From the NCBI GenBank assembly GCA_951406725.2, contig OX597814.1, positions 57,164,001-57,228,000 of the forward strand: 64,000 bases of DNA. The letters are read 5' to 3'. Position numbers and translations under genes: made by a program. Source of the stretch: Octopus vulgaris. Its lineage: Eukaryota. Below are positions 12,294 through 25,169 of the stretch, in pieces (position 1 is the first letter of the stretch; the number at the start of each line of letters is the position of its first letter). The notes under the pieces are model-generated. The model had not been told where the DNA came from. It did no database searches and saw only the letters and a list, made by a program, of their open reading frames with translations.

Positions 12294-12748
12294 GGATCTT
12301 TTCCTCTACATGGGCAGCTCGATTGTTTAATTTTCTTTAACTAAACACTTTGAAACTTCGTATACTGGTAGAATGTGTCATATAGAACATCTTTGACTCT
12401 TAGCGTTGTTGAGAAAAGTTTTTATTTTCGAAGTTATTTCGTGTTAAATTTGTCGTATTTCGGTAATTTCAACGAATCAATGAGGTGTATTCAGCTGAAT
12501 AAAATTACTGCTGTTCTTTGTCAACAACTTCCGGCGGTGTATATTTCGTTTGTCGCTGTTATTTATGACATCGTCTATGCGTTTGTACTGGTTTTAGCTT
12601 TAAAAAAACTTCGAAAATAGAAACCTTTCTCAACAACGCTAAGAGTAAAAGATGTTCTATATGACACATTCTACCACTATACGAAGTTTCAAAGTGTTTA
12701 GTTAAAGAAAATTAATTAATCGAGCTGCCCATGAAAAGGAAAAGATCC
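12294..12748. mobile_element. MITE with ~140-bp TIRs
   Basis: ggatcttttcct...cgaag / cttcg...aggaaaagatcc; flanks aaaatgaa / aaaatgag (imperfect 8-bp TSD). Confidence 0.85.
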
Positions 12749-12792
12749 AAAATGAGAGATACGATGAAAAGATACAAAATGTGTGGACTTAC

Positions 12793-12878
12793 CGAAGATA
12801 TCGCTTATACATCGCTCGAACAAATTCAGGCTTGGTAACTATGCGATCTTTGTTTGTATCATATTCTTCAAAATCGCT
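12793..12878 (-). CDS. Calmodulin-like EF-hand protein, internal exon (EF2)
   Basis: tttcgacag|AGC...CTTCG|gtaagt; SDFEEYDTNKDRIVTKPEFVRAMYKRYL; phase 0 in, phase 2 out; not in the ORF track. Confidence 0.88.
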
Positions 12879-12928
12879 CTGTCGAAATAAAATAGCAGAC
12901 GTAATGATAGCAATATGAATAGTAGTAA

Positions 12929-13031
<103 letters not shown>

Positions 13032-13047
13032 GATGATGATGATAATG

Positions 13048-13561
13048 AACTATGCCCTGATGCAGTACCAGACAGTGGATCTCATGGCTTCTGATCTTAA
13101 CTTATTGGCAGTGTTATCATGTACATTGTTTTGTCATGGTATAAAAGATGGGCTACAGCAAATATTTTGCTGAATATCACAGATTGGCTTGTCAGTTGTT
13201 TGACCGTAACAAGTTGACCATGTGCATCTCTGATCAAGAGCAGAAGTAGTGGGGGAGCATCATAGACGTGTGTTGAAAGGAATTCTTAGAGGTTTGGATA
13301 ATTCCCCTTTGGAAACATGGGTGGTTCGTTCAACATTCTTAAACAATCCTTGAGTGGGATGGGTTAATCGATCTGAAGAAAATTCTAACTGGGCCCCACC
13401 TGCAAGGTCATGCTCTCTTTATCTTGATATGAGATCACCATGTCACGCGCATATGATTGAGATGCATGTGCTTATCAGACGGGCAGTTATAATGGGTATA
13501 CTGGGCTTCGTATATTTTACCCCAGTGTCATTTTGATGGCATGCACTGCTCTCTCACTCAA
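13048..13561 (+). mobile_element. Non-coding retroelement 3' end embedded in (AAT)n; second copy 16772-17100
   Basis: Both copies end gcactgctctctcactcaataataat and are 5'-truncated at different points. Confidence 0.65.
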
Positions 13562-13586
13562 TAATAATAATGATATTATTATTATT

Positions 13587-13650
<64 letters not shown>

Positions 13651-14143
13651 ATAATGATGATGATGATAACACGCAGGCTTGCATCAATGCTTAGATTAAA
13701 TTTGATTGGTTTTTCTTGATGTTTAATGAAAAATCTTAACTTTACTAGAAAAATAGTAATGACCCTGAGAAATAATTAACCAATCTCATTCACTCATTTA
13801 CTTTTGCTAAAACTTGCTATCTTTTCAGTAGTCGTTAACTGTGTCCGTTATCGGAATTACATTCTTTTTGTTTGAATGTTTGTTTGTTTTTTGTGTGCAT
13901 GTGTGTGCGTCAGTGTGAGTGCGCATACACATATGTTTGTATGTATGTTTGTATGTATGTATGTATGCATGTATGTGTGTGTATGTATTATGTAAGTGTA
14001 TGTATGCATGTATGTGTGTATGCATATATACATGTATGCATGCGTGCACGTTTGTAGGTATGTATGTATTCTGCATATCCATGCGCCTGTGTGTTCATGT
14101 GTGTGTGTTTGTGTTCATGATTGTGTGTTTGCATATGTGTGTG

Positions 14144-14210
<67 letters not shown>

Positions 14211-14339
14211 GAAATATGTTACAAAAAGAAAATAGAAACTACATGTGGAAATGTAAGGGAAAAATAAGAAGAAAAATAAGCGAAAATGCACATTGGAAAT
14301 AAAAAAAGTAAAGGCTTTTTATGAAAAATAACGATAGAT

Positions 14340-15003
14340 ATATACAATTAGATGAACTGAGGTCGGAATAAAAGTAAAAAAAAATTATTATTGTGAATTG
14401 TTAAAGAGATTCATAAGCAAACCGGTTTCGTGAATTTACTAATCATTGCTTTCAATGCACACCGATTAATGAACGGTGTCAGGTCTACTAGTCCCTGCGT
14501 AAAACGATTATGTGTAAGGGAGGTAAGTAGTTCTAGATTTGGTGCAATTAGGTTAGACATAGATCAGTAATATTCATGGCGTATGGGATGTATGGGGCTT
14601 AGTGGTATTAATTGAAAGGTTAGTAGTGTTCTGTATTATGTTGTGCATTCATATTGAGTTGTGGAAGATATTTATTGATGAAAGTTGTCTCTTTATACAT
14701 TCTTTGTTGTACTGAGGTGTTCTGTGAACATTCATAGAAGGGGAAAATTTAGAAATTAGGATTAAGATTCCTAGCACACATTTCTATGCGTTCACTAACA
14801 TGTATCTATCTGTATTGTGGGTGGCGGATTTCTTCTTTGTGGAGAGTGGTTCTTCGAGGGAGTGATATTCCTAATTGGCCAATATAATTATTACCACACC
14901 CTAAACATATAATGGCATAGATTAGATTTTCCGAGGCACAGGTGAAATTTGATTTGATCTTGAATATCTCACCTTGTTTAAAGTGGAATTCTGAACCCTC
15001 CAA
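14340..15003 (-). mobile_element. Penelope-like (Neptune-type) GIY-YIG 3' fragment and pLTR
   Basis: FTCASENLIYAIICLGCGNNYIGQ in ORF 14806..15096; inverted homolog at 63680-64000. Confidence 0.85.
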
Positions 15004-15322
15004 TGATAATCCTCGAAATACTTTATCATCTAATTTAAGACACGCTTCAGTCTTTGTGCATAGACCTAGTTTGTCTGAGAGTTCTTGCAGAAACATTTTT
15101 CAAAATTTTCTCTTTAACTCTTCAGACGAATTATTTTTAGAGGGACAACCATTTACGTTTTTACAATAGATGTTTATGGGGAGGTCCCATAAATCGAATA
15201 ATTCGAACCAATCGCTAACAAACAGATCTGTTGCATTTTTAACAACCAAGACTTTCGCCTTGCATATGTGACATTAGTCCACATTTCGCCTATGAAATGT
15301 AATTTGCCGCCCGACACGTTAT

Positions 15323-15397
15323 GGGCATATAGCTTAATGGTTAGATCGAGGGCTACTAACCCTAAGATTGCGTGTTCAATTCCAGGCAGTGCCTTGA
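15323..15397 (+). mobile_element. tRNA-like SINE head followed by (AAT)n; inverted copy at 59522-59597
   Basis: gggcatatagcttaatggttaga...gttcaattcc; imperfect cloverleaf. Confidence 0.65.
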
Positions 15398-15439
<42 letters not shown>

Positions 15440-15803
15440 CGATAAAAAATTAAGGAAGTAAGCACCTACCAATATATAAATACCGCACAACTACAAAAAC
15501 TGTAAACCATAGCAAAAGTTTTAAAAAGAATGCACAAACGATCACCTTCAAAATAAAAAAAAAACCTTTAATATCTACAACTACTGCGAATACCTATTCT
15601 TTCCTTTATCCTTGAGTATTCGTAAAATGTAAACATCATCTACCTTTTTATTCTAAGAACACTACCATTTCTCGCTGTGCATTGATACAAAAGACCATAT
15701 TTACTAAATCTTGAAACTATACTATCTACAACTCGTCTTCTTTTCTTTTTGACTCTCCTTGAGTATTCGAAAATGTAACATAATTTTCATTACAAAGTCC
15801 TAT

Positions 15804-16030
15804 TGTTTTTCTCCAACTGGACAGACAAACGAACATCCCAAGAAAATTTTAAAACACTAATATATTACCCAAATACGTAAACACACCTTTTATGGCAACA
15901 ACACAATTGAATTCAGAAATTCAAAGATTCAACGACGTGAATAAAAGGTGTGTTTACGTGTTTGGGTAATACATTAAAGTATTTAATTTTCTTGAGATGT
16001 TCGTTTGTCTATCCAGTTGGAGAATACAGT
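15804..16030. repeat. Imperfect hairpin with ~90-bp arms; second copy 58611-58840
   Basis: ttctccaactggacagacaaacgaacatc...acaccttttat / ataaaaggtgt...gatgttcgtttgtctatccagttggagaa. Confidence 0.85.
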
Positions 16031-16129
16031 ATGTATATATATATATGTGTGTGTATGTGTGTGTGCGTGGGCGTGTATGTGTGTATGTATTTATATATAC
16101 ATATGCATGTATTTAAATATATATATATA

Positions 16130-16174
<45 letters not shown>

Positions 16175-16709
16175 GTTTTTTCTACCAGTAATTACAAATA
16201 GAACAAGTTAAACTGCTTCTTTTCAAAACTAAAGGAACGCTCTCAGTGATCACTTGTAGTAGTAAACACATTTGGCCTCAGTTGACTCAAAGAGTGCGAA
16301 AATTCTTTTGTCTCTATGGCTGACATCCCCACCATCTGCCGAATCTATTTATAAACCAATAGAATATGATGTATTCACCAAGCTGCTGCCCGTCTATTTC
16401 CTTCAACAACCACATATTTATGATTATCTCAAGTACAAGACAAAAGTTGAAGATAAGAACATTTAGTAATATCTTTTAATAAAAAATGGAAATAGTAATG
16501 ATAACAATAGTAGTAGTGGCGATAGTGATATTGATAAAAATAACAATAATAATAATATGCTATACTACAACTACTACTATTATGATAGCACAGGAATCTG
16601 AGGCCCAACTACCACCCTTACCATTACCCCATTCCTGGTACTGTTGCTGCTGCTGCCACCATTACTGCTACTACACATAAAAACAATAATATCAGTGAAT
16701 ATGATGTTG

Positions 16710-16771
<62 letters not shown>

Positions 16772-16774
<3 letters not shown>

Positions 16775-17098
16775 CAGACGTAGTGGGGGAGCTTCATAGC
16801 CATGTGTTGAAAGGAATTCTTTGGGGTTTGAATATTTCACCTCAACATCCTTAAACAAACCTTATTCGTGGAACTTTTGAGCGGGATGGGCTACTCGACC
16901 TGAAGAAAATTCTAACTGGGCCCCTACCTGCAAGGTCATGCGCTGTTTATCTTGATATGGGATCACCATGTCGCGCAGATATGGTTGTGATGCATGTGCC
17001 TGGTGTACCCTTATCATACGGGTAGTCATGATGCTTATAATGGGTTTCCTATATTTTACCCCAGTGTGACTTTGATGGCATGCACTGCTCTCTCACTC

Positions 17099-17100
<2 letters not shown>
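16772..17100 (+). mobile_element. Shorter copy of the 13048-13561 element in (AAT)n
   Basis: Colinear similarity to 13236-13561. Confidence 0.7.
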
Positions 17101-17153
<53 letters not shown>

Positions 17154-17294
17154 TTAGGTTGTACCAAAAGTTCGTAAACACTTGCGAAAATTGAATTTTT
17201 ACTCGCCAAGTACTAACAAAAACAACAAAAATTATTCCTCAAAATAAAGACCATTACTTTCTAAGACTTTCTACGAACGTTTGGTACAACCTTA
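17154..17294. mobile_element. mariner-type MITE
   Basis: TA-ttaggttgtaccaaa ... tttggtacaacctta-TA. Confidence 0.75.
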
Positions 17295-17303
17295 TAATAA
17301 TAA

Positions 17304-19784
17304 TGGGCAAAAATAAAATAGACATCACTGCAGCACCAACAGCAGAAGAAGTGGAAGAATTTTGAAAAGAAATATGGTCGGCGAATGAGCAACCTCAGAA
17401 AAAACTATTAAAACAACGAACTTAGCAACTGAGCAACTTTGGACCCCTATAACAACTGAAGATGTCGCCCAGGCACTGTAAAGACTAAACAACTGGAAGG
17501 CACCCGGGCACGACAAGATCCCCAACTTCTGGTTAAAATATCTGACAGAAATACACAAAAAGCTGGCTGAAAACTTTAACGACATACTAGCAGAGCCCGA
17601 GAGAATGCCTGAATGTCTCACGAAAGGGAAGACAATCTTAATTCCCAAACCCACTGAAATGGCAAAAACACAAAACTACAGACCTATAACCTGACTCCCT
17701 ACATTTTACAAACGTTTATTGCAGTAATATCGCAAAGATTGAGCAAACATCTGGAAGAGCAGAAGGGATGCTGCAAAGGCTCATACGGCTGTAAAAACCA
17801 ACTAATGATCAATAAAGCCATAACTGAAGACACCCGCAGAAAGAAGAAAGGCCTCAGTATGGCCTGGATCGACTATCGAAAGGCTTTTGATAGTATTCCC
17901 CACACGTGAATCCTCGAAATACTAGCAATGAACAAAGTAGCACCAATAATTGTAAAATACATAAGACACTCTATGAATAAATGGCAGATAGTGTTACAGA
18001 TCCAAACAAAAGAGGGACTCGTAAAAACCAAAACCATTCCCATTAGAAGAGGAATATTCCAGGGAGACACGCTCTCTCCACTCCTTTTCTGCTTGGCACT
18101 GACACCTCTATCTGATATACTAAATAGAACTGGATGCGGATACAAATGTTACGGCAAAACAATCAGCAACCTTTTATATATGGATGACCTAAAACTATAC
18201 GCTACAAATGATAAACAGCTGGAAACACTACTACAGACAGAACATGGATTTACCAAAAAATTAGATATAAAATTTGGATTAGAAAAATGTGCCAAAGCTA
18301 CCCTGAAAAGAAAAAAACTAGTTAAGAGTAGCAACATCACACAAGATAAAGCCAATGAAATAAGAGAATTAAACCAAAGCCAGACTTACAAATATTTAGG
18401 AATCCATGAACTAGATATGATACAACACACACAAATGAAAGAGAAAATAAAGAAATAATACTATAGACCAGTTAGATCAATAATAAAAACAGAGCTCAAT
18501 GCTAAAAACCAGATAATTGATATTAACACTTTAGCCGTCGCAGTTATAAGTTACAGCTACAATATACTTAACTGGACACTAAATGAACTAAACAAAATAG
18601 ACAGGAAAACAAGAGAGATAATGACAAGATCTAGGATGCACCACCCAAAATCTGACATAGAAAGTCTATATATAGGTGTAGAAGGTGGTAGAGGCCTTAT
18701 ACAGCTGGAAAACTATTATAAAATAACTTCCATAGGACTACAAAAATATCTACTTCAGAAACAAAGAAAACTAATACAAAGAGCCACAAAACACGAGCAA
18801 AACAAAAAAAAAACAGTTCTCAGTATTTAAGGAAGCTGACAAATACAAACAAGAAATCATACTACCTAACAAATATGAAGAAGAATAAGAAGAAGAAACA
18901 ACAAAAGCTATAAAACAAATGAAATCCAAACTAAAACTAGAACAGCAACAGACCATAATAAAACGATGGCAAGAAAAGCCCCTTCATGGCAAATACTGGG
19001 CTAAACTAAATGCAAAAGAAATAGACAGAGAAAAATCACAGCAATGGTTGAGAAGCTCTGGAGGATTTTTAATTGCAGCACAAGACCAAAGCCTCCCCAC
19101 CAAAAGGAAACATAACAAGTAACTGCAGAATATGTGGAGATGGGCAAGAAACACTAAATCATATTATTTCTGGCTGCCCATTCCTGGCTAAGAAGGAATA
19201 TATTCACAGACACAACAGAGTTGGGAACTACATACACTGGAAGATATGCCAACACTATGGAATAACAGAAAAAAGATGGTATAGGCACACAGCAGAAAAG
19301 GTCACAGAAAACGAGAAAGTAACCATACTCTGGGATATGCCAATATACACAGATAGAGAAATTAAGGCCAATAGGCCCGATATAGTTGTGAGAGATCATG
19401 AAGAAAAAATGCTTTCTAACTGATGTATCAATACCAGCAGATGATAACATTTCTCTAAAAGAAATGGAGAAACTTTCAAAATACAAAGACCTGGAAATAG
19501 AGGTAACTCGAATTTGGAATCTAAAAATAGAAACAATTCCTATCATAGTAGGCGCATTAGGCATAATAAAAAAATATTCAGACAAATACATAATAAAAAC
19601 ACCAGGAGTCACAAATATATATATAACATACAGAAAATTGCACTAATTGGCACTGCACACATCCTACGCAAAACACTCTCAATACAGTAACCATAAGAGC
19701 ATCACAACAAACCACAGCACGTACCCAAGGCACACAGAGCTGTGCTCGGTAGTGGAGTGAAAGCACGTTATAAAAATAAAACTA

Positions 19785-19790
<6 letters not shown>
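17304..19790 (+). mobile_element. R4/Dong-like RLE-clade LINE, 5'-truncated and disrupted
   Basis: NWKAPGHD, RGIFQGDTLSPLLF, LYMDD, CRIC-ETLNHIISGC, HRHNRV, RPDIVV, DVSIP, EK-SKY-DL; ends in (AAT)n. Confidence 0.9.
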
Positions 19791-19843
<53 letters not shown>

Positions 19844-19877
19844 AACAATAACAATAAAAAACATTATGATGATGATG

Positions 19878-19917
<40 letters not shown>

Positions 19918-19990
19918 TGATGATGATGATGATGATGATAACATCGAAAGATACCCTAGGAATGAGAACGGAGGTTAGAAATTTCCCAAG

Positions 19991-20034
19991 ACACCTTATG
20001 AAGGCTGGAGAGTATATCAGCCGAAACATTGTGT
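19991..20034 (+). ncRNA. Degenerate minimal hammerhead-like motif in a short pLTR-like repeat; mirror copy near 39808-39849 (-)
   Basis: Consensus of the two copies: acac CTGATGA a ggctg..cagcc GAAAC GT T gtgt. Confidence 0.55.
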
Positions 20035-20613
20035 AAACAACAAACAAGATGAGGACAAATACCCGTCAAATGAAAATACAGTTAATAATGACACTTCATC
20101 AGTTGTTTGCTGTCTATCTACTCCTCATTTCGACTATTCAACGAGAATATGAGTCTTCAAAGACAGTTGCTCCCATTAATTCTAAAATATAACTTAAGAT
20201 CTATGGAGGGTCAAAGTTGGGAATAAAAATGTGACTGTGGGGCCATACAAGGAAACCGAACGAAAATAATCATGGAGTGTCATTACACCAGAACGAGAGG
20301 AAAATAGTGAACGCTGGAAGAAACATTTTTTGTAAAGAGAAAAGATAGAAGAGAGAGAGAGAAAAACACGTCCGTCTTTTAAACGTTCATGCAGGAAAAG
20401 AGGAAAAGAAAGATGGACGATGGTCACGTATGAGCAACAAGAGAAAGAGAAAGAGAAAGAAGGGGAGAGAGAAATACATATAGAAAGAGGTGAAGGAGGG
20501 AAGAGAGAAAAAGAGAATTAGAGAAGGATGGAGCAAGAAAACAGTATAGAGTAGAGAGTCGTATCAAAAAGGTGAAGATAAACTTATTTCAAAATAGATG
20601 CCTCGTGTTAAAT

Positions 20614-20683
<70 letters not shown>

Positions 20684-20685
20684 TG

Positions 20686-20747
<62 letters not shown>

Positions 20748-21842
20748 GATATGATCTTTAACTTCGAATTAGTAAATTTGTTATAATATTCTTCATACCA
20801 AAGTATTTCACACATATTCACACTGTATTTCATACATATTTCACACATATTTCACACTGCATGCAAATTACCATGATTATTTTTTTTATTAAACTGGATT
20901 TATGACGAAGTTGTGCGTGCGTGTGTGTGTGTGTGTGTGTGTTTACGATTGGCTACTCAATTATTACGATTTGTCAAGACTCACACATAAATTTTTGGTA
21001 AATCCTATATCTAGAAGGAAACATCTAACCAAAGTACTGCACCCAGAGATCGAACCAAGAGCTATATTGCTTCGTAGCATTTAGCCACTCGGCTATAACT
21101 GTGGGGAATTTCTACCGCCCTTTCCCTCCTCTCTCTGTCTTGCTTCCTCCAAGTACACCGGGTAAATGTGTTTCCCGCAACCAGATTTCTCAATAAGCTA
21201 AACTGATCTTAGGATCCCTGTCATTTGCGTAGTTTAATTTCGATGATGTGTCGATATTTTCCCAGTATTTGCATACCTATAAGAGAGTAAGATGGCAGAG
21301 CCGAAATGTTTACAATTGTCCGTAAATATTCGTTAATCCCTTTCGGGAATTACAAGCAATTTCCTCTGTTGAATTCATCTTATGTCTTTCTTTTACATGG
21401 CTTAGAAAAACTGAAGGATTGCTGCAATTAGTGTGTGAATCTGAGAGGGGAATATGTTGACTAAAACTATAATTAACTTCTCTTCCTCTATTTTCTTTTA
21501 CTAAAAGCCAGAAACTTTTCTGGCACCCCCTCATGTATATACGTATTTTATCAAAAGTGACAGCACACTTAGCTCCACCCCGCGTTGGTCTATTCTATGT
21601 GCGAATTAAAATAGTTATTAATTTAAATATGGCTGGTTTGAACTTGGTTGGTTGTAAATCGATGATGTGATAAATGCCTTGAAAAACTAACTTTAGAATG
21701 TAGTGATTGCGTGAGAAAGTGATTAAGTATGAGAAGGTTCAGACACTCTTTAACTCATACGTTTTGCGTTACTCATACACCTCTGCAACAGGTTCTTACT
21801 GGGTTACATGTTACTAGTAGCGCTTGATAGCGACCTGACAGA

Positions 21843-21877
<35 letters not shown>

Positions 21878-21880
<3 letters not shown>

Positions 21881-22655
21881 GAAATGAAGAAAATGCTGAC
21901 AAAATAATTTAAGTAAGGGAGAGTGTATTTAATTAGGTGAAAGTTCTTTTTTTAAACAAAAAAAGAGAAAAATTGGGTTAGAATACAATGTTCATTTTTT
22001 GTGAATGATTTCAGTGTATAAGAAAAAAAGTAAGAGTCTCTTACAGTGTTCTGTTTCAGAATAAGATATTTAGTAAAAGCGTGTAATATACAGTTTTTTG
22101 TGGAAAAGTTCAATGTCAGATTTCAGTGTAGAATAAAAAAAGTAAGAGTCTCTTACAGTGTTCTGTTTCAGAATAAGATATTTAGTAAAAGCGTGTAATA
22201 TACAGTTTTTTGTGGAAAAGTTCAATGTCAGATTTCAGTGTAGAATAAAAAAAGTAAGAGTTTACCGGTTGCGCGTTTGTTATGCTTATCAAAAGATATT
22301 TTGAGTGAGATGGAGTTCCTTTCTGATTGATTTTTTTCTCTTATGCTTATCAAAAGATATTTTGAGTGAGATAGAGTTCCTTTCTGATTGATTTTTTTCT
22401 CTTATCTGATAAGAGAAAAAAATCAATCAGAAAGGAACTCTATCTCACTCAAAATATCTTTTGATAAGCATAACAAACGCGCAACCGGTAAACTCTTACT
22501 TTTTTTCTTATAAACTGAAATCATTCACAAAAAATGAACATTGTATTCTAACCCAATTTTTCTCTTTTTTTGTTTAAAAATAGAACTTTCACCTAATTAA
22601 ATACACTCTCCCTTACTTAAATTATTTTGTCAGCATTTTCATCATTTCCTTTTTT
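21878..22655. repeat. Foldback palindrome with internal ~112-bp and 61-bp tandem duplications
   Basis: Centre ...tctcttatc-t-gataagaga... at 22406; arms extend ~250 bp. Confidence 0.9.
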
Positions 22656-22712
22656 CACAACCCGTGTTCCACATCTCCTTTTTTAAATATATATATATAT
22701 ATATATATATGT

Positions 22713-22758
<46 letters not shown>

Positions 22759-23377
22759 AGAGCCTGTAAATAATAAAGCACAAGTACTATCTCCAGTCAT
22801 TACTACAATACACATCTACATCTGTCGAAGCGACGAAGAACATCTGGTTATCCTTAAGGACGACCGATGACCTGTGTGGCGACTTTGATTAAAGTGAAGA
22901 ATTACGCACTGTCAATGTCATTCTCTTTCTGTAACTGTCTTCAATGCATGCTGTAGCAGGACCAGGTCAAGACAACTGGCGATGGAAATTGAAGCAGTGG
23001 CTAACATGATGTTTTAATTGCTTCATCTTGCTCTCTGCATTCACAATGCATTCCTGTAGCTGCTTTCCTTTCTTTTGAACGATAGACATTTCTTCTCCAT
23101 AGTCCGCCAGATGTAGCCTTTACATACATAGGTAGACAAGTCCAAACAGGCTAATTAACCCACAGCTGAGGTCCTGACAGGCGCTGCTATTCTGAGTCAG
23201 AACAACCTGGGAACAATGGTGGCTATGAGGTTGATTCCACACTCCTCAATACCCTGGAACTCTCGAATCATCTCCACCCCCTTCACATATATTGCCAATC
23301 TACTTATATTTTGGTTGTAGTTTTCTATTAGGAAAACGTTGGCTGAAGTGTATAAATGACGTATAGGCTTAGCGTGA

Positions 23378-23600
23378 ACTCGGCTCAGTGGTTAGAGCAT
23401 CTGACTCACAATCATGATGTAGTAAGTTCGATTCCCGGACTGGGCTGTGTGCTATAATCTTGAGAATGACACTTTATTTCACGTTACTCCAGTTCACTCA
23501 GCTGCAGAAATGAATTGCGACGTTACTGGTGCCAAGCTGTATCGGCCTTTGTCTTTCCTTTGAATAAAATTGCTGGCACGGAGAGGGTGTTTGGTATGCA
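23378..23600 (+). mobile_element. tRNA-derived SINE; mirror copy near 35640-35860
   Basis: ggctcagtggttagagc A box, gttcgattccc B box. Confidence 0.75.
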
Positions 23601-24364
23601 TAGTTTTATCTACTAAATCTGTGCGTGAATGTGAGTGTGTGTGTGTGCGTGTGAATGTACGACTGTGTGTGTGTCTGCGCGCGCGTTCGTGTATTTTACT
23701 GTCTTATTTTGCTACTAATAAATATATTTGTGGGATTTTATGAAGGGTTGCAGAGATATCTAGTTTTGTTTTGCTTCGTTAAAAGCGAATTGTTTATAAA
23801 GTATGCATAATTAGCTATTAGTGCATAAAAGGAATTGAGGTGTGAGTTGAGAAGCAAACGTTTATGGTTTCTTAGATTTGAAAGCGTTTTGTTCGTTTAA
23901 GAACAAAGCGCTTTCAAATCTAAAAAAAGCCATTCCCAATCGTTTCAGTTGCAATCATTGTTATGAAAACTATTAACACAGAGTTGTCTTACGTTCTGAA
24001 TATATAGAAGAGATGAAACATAATACTGCATGATATTTATATCGACGCTTTATTATTTAACCACCACACAATCAATATACCTATGCAAAATGTGACTATA
24101 TATGGGTGAGAGTGTGTTTGTATATTTGTAGGTATGTATATAGTTACATATTTTGGGCATGTGCTTGCTGTAATACCGAACTTACATTTAAAATATGTCT
24201 GTGTGCATGAATATGTGATTGTGAGTTTTGAGTATGTGTGTGTAAGTGCACGCATGCACGTGTACGTGTGTGTGTGTGTGCATATGCCTGTATGTTTCAA
24301 ATCGGGCTTCGACAGTCATACTGTTGAATCTCATTTCGAAACGTATACAAAGCTTTATAAGAAA

Positions 24365-24730
24365 TGATTTAAAACTGATAGACCACCTTCGTAGTAAACG
24401 TTGACAAGGACAGTATGATCGTATCATTTTATGTTGTAAGCTTCTATTCTACTATCCCACTGTGGACTAGAAGCCTTAGAATTTCTGGCTTAAATAATTC
24501 CCAAATGAAATCCCACGCTAAATTATTTAAGGGATAATATTAATACTACAAAATATTGTTTTCGAATTCAAGGACTACATTTTCAAACAATTATCTAGGA
24601 CAACGATGGTGACGAAGGCTGCTCCTACATATGTTAATTTAGTCAAGACATACCTAGAAGTTCAAATGTATGAACAATCTAAATTAAACACAGTGTGAAC
24701 TTCTATGAATAATAATTATAAAATTGAAGA
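24365..24730 (+). mobile_element. Degenerate Penelope RT fragment
   Basis: FEFKDYIFKQLSRTTMVTKAAPTYVNLV resembles the PLE RT motif Q-G-AMG-AP-YANL. Confidence 0.65.
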
Positions 24731-25055
24731 TGTTATAGACGAAAATGCTATAATAGAATACATACCAAATCAGAAAAGAAATTATTTACCAGCGACAAAT
24801 CACCTCCTCAAAAGCACAACTCCAACAGTCAAAAGTATATTCGCCCCAACTGCGGAAGCCGCATCAATCTTATAGTTAACACGGTCTACTTCAAATAAGA
24901 ACAACTCTTTAATGAGAAAAAAATTAATTTCACCTATTCGTTAAAAAATACAAATGATGCTTTGAAATGAGATGAAGTGGTTGTAAGGGAGATAACAGTT
25001 TAAATATATAATTGTATTTTCCTGAAGTGCATTTTCAGCTTCACTTCATTTCTTG

Positions 25056-25159
<104 letters not shown>

Positions 25160-25169
25160 CAACAAGCGT

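Noticed and set aside
12804-12818. 15-nt exact match (cttatacatcgctcg) between EF-hand exon 2 and the Naiad 3' UTR (45022-45036 and copies)
   Set aside because: A 15-mer match is within chance expectation for 64 kb, and there is no flanking similarity
15323-15397. Possible tRNA gene
   Set aside because: Poor acceptor and anticodon stems, followed by (AAT)n; better explained as a SINE head
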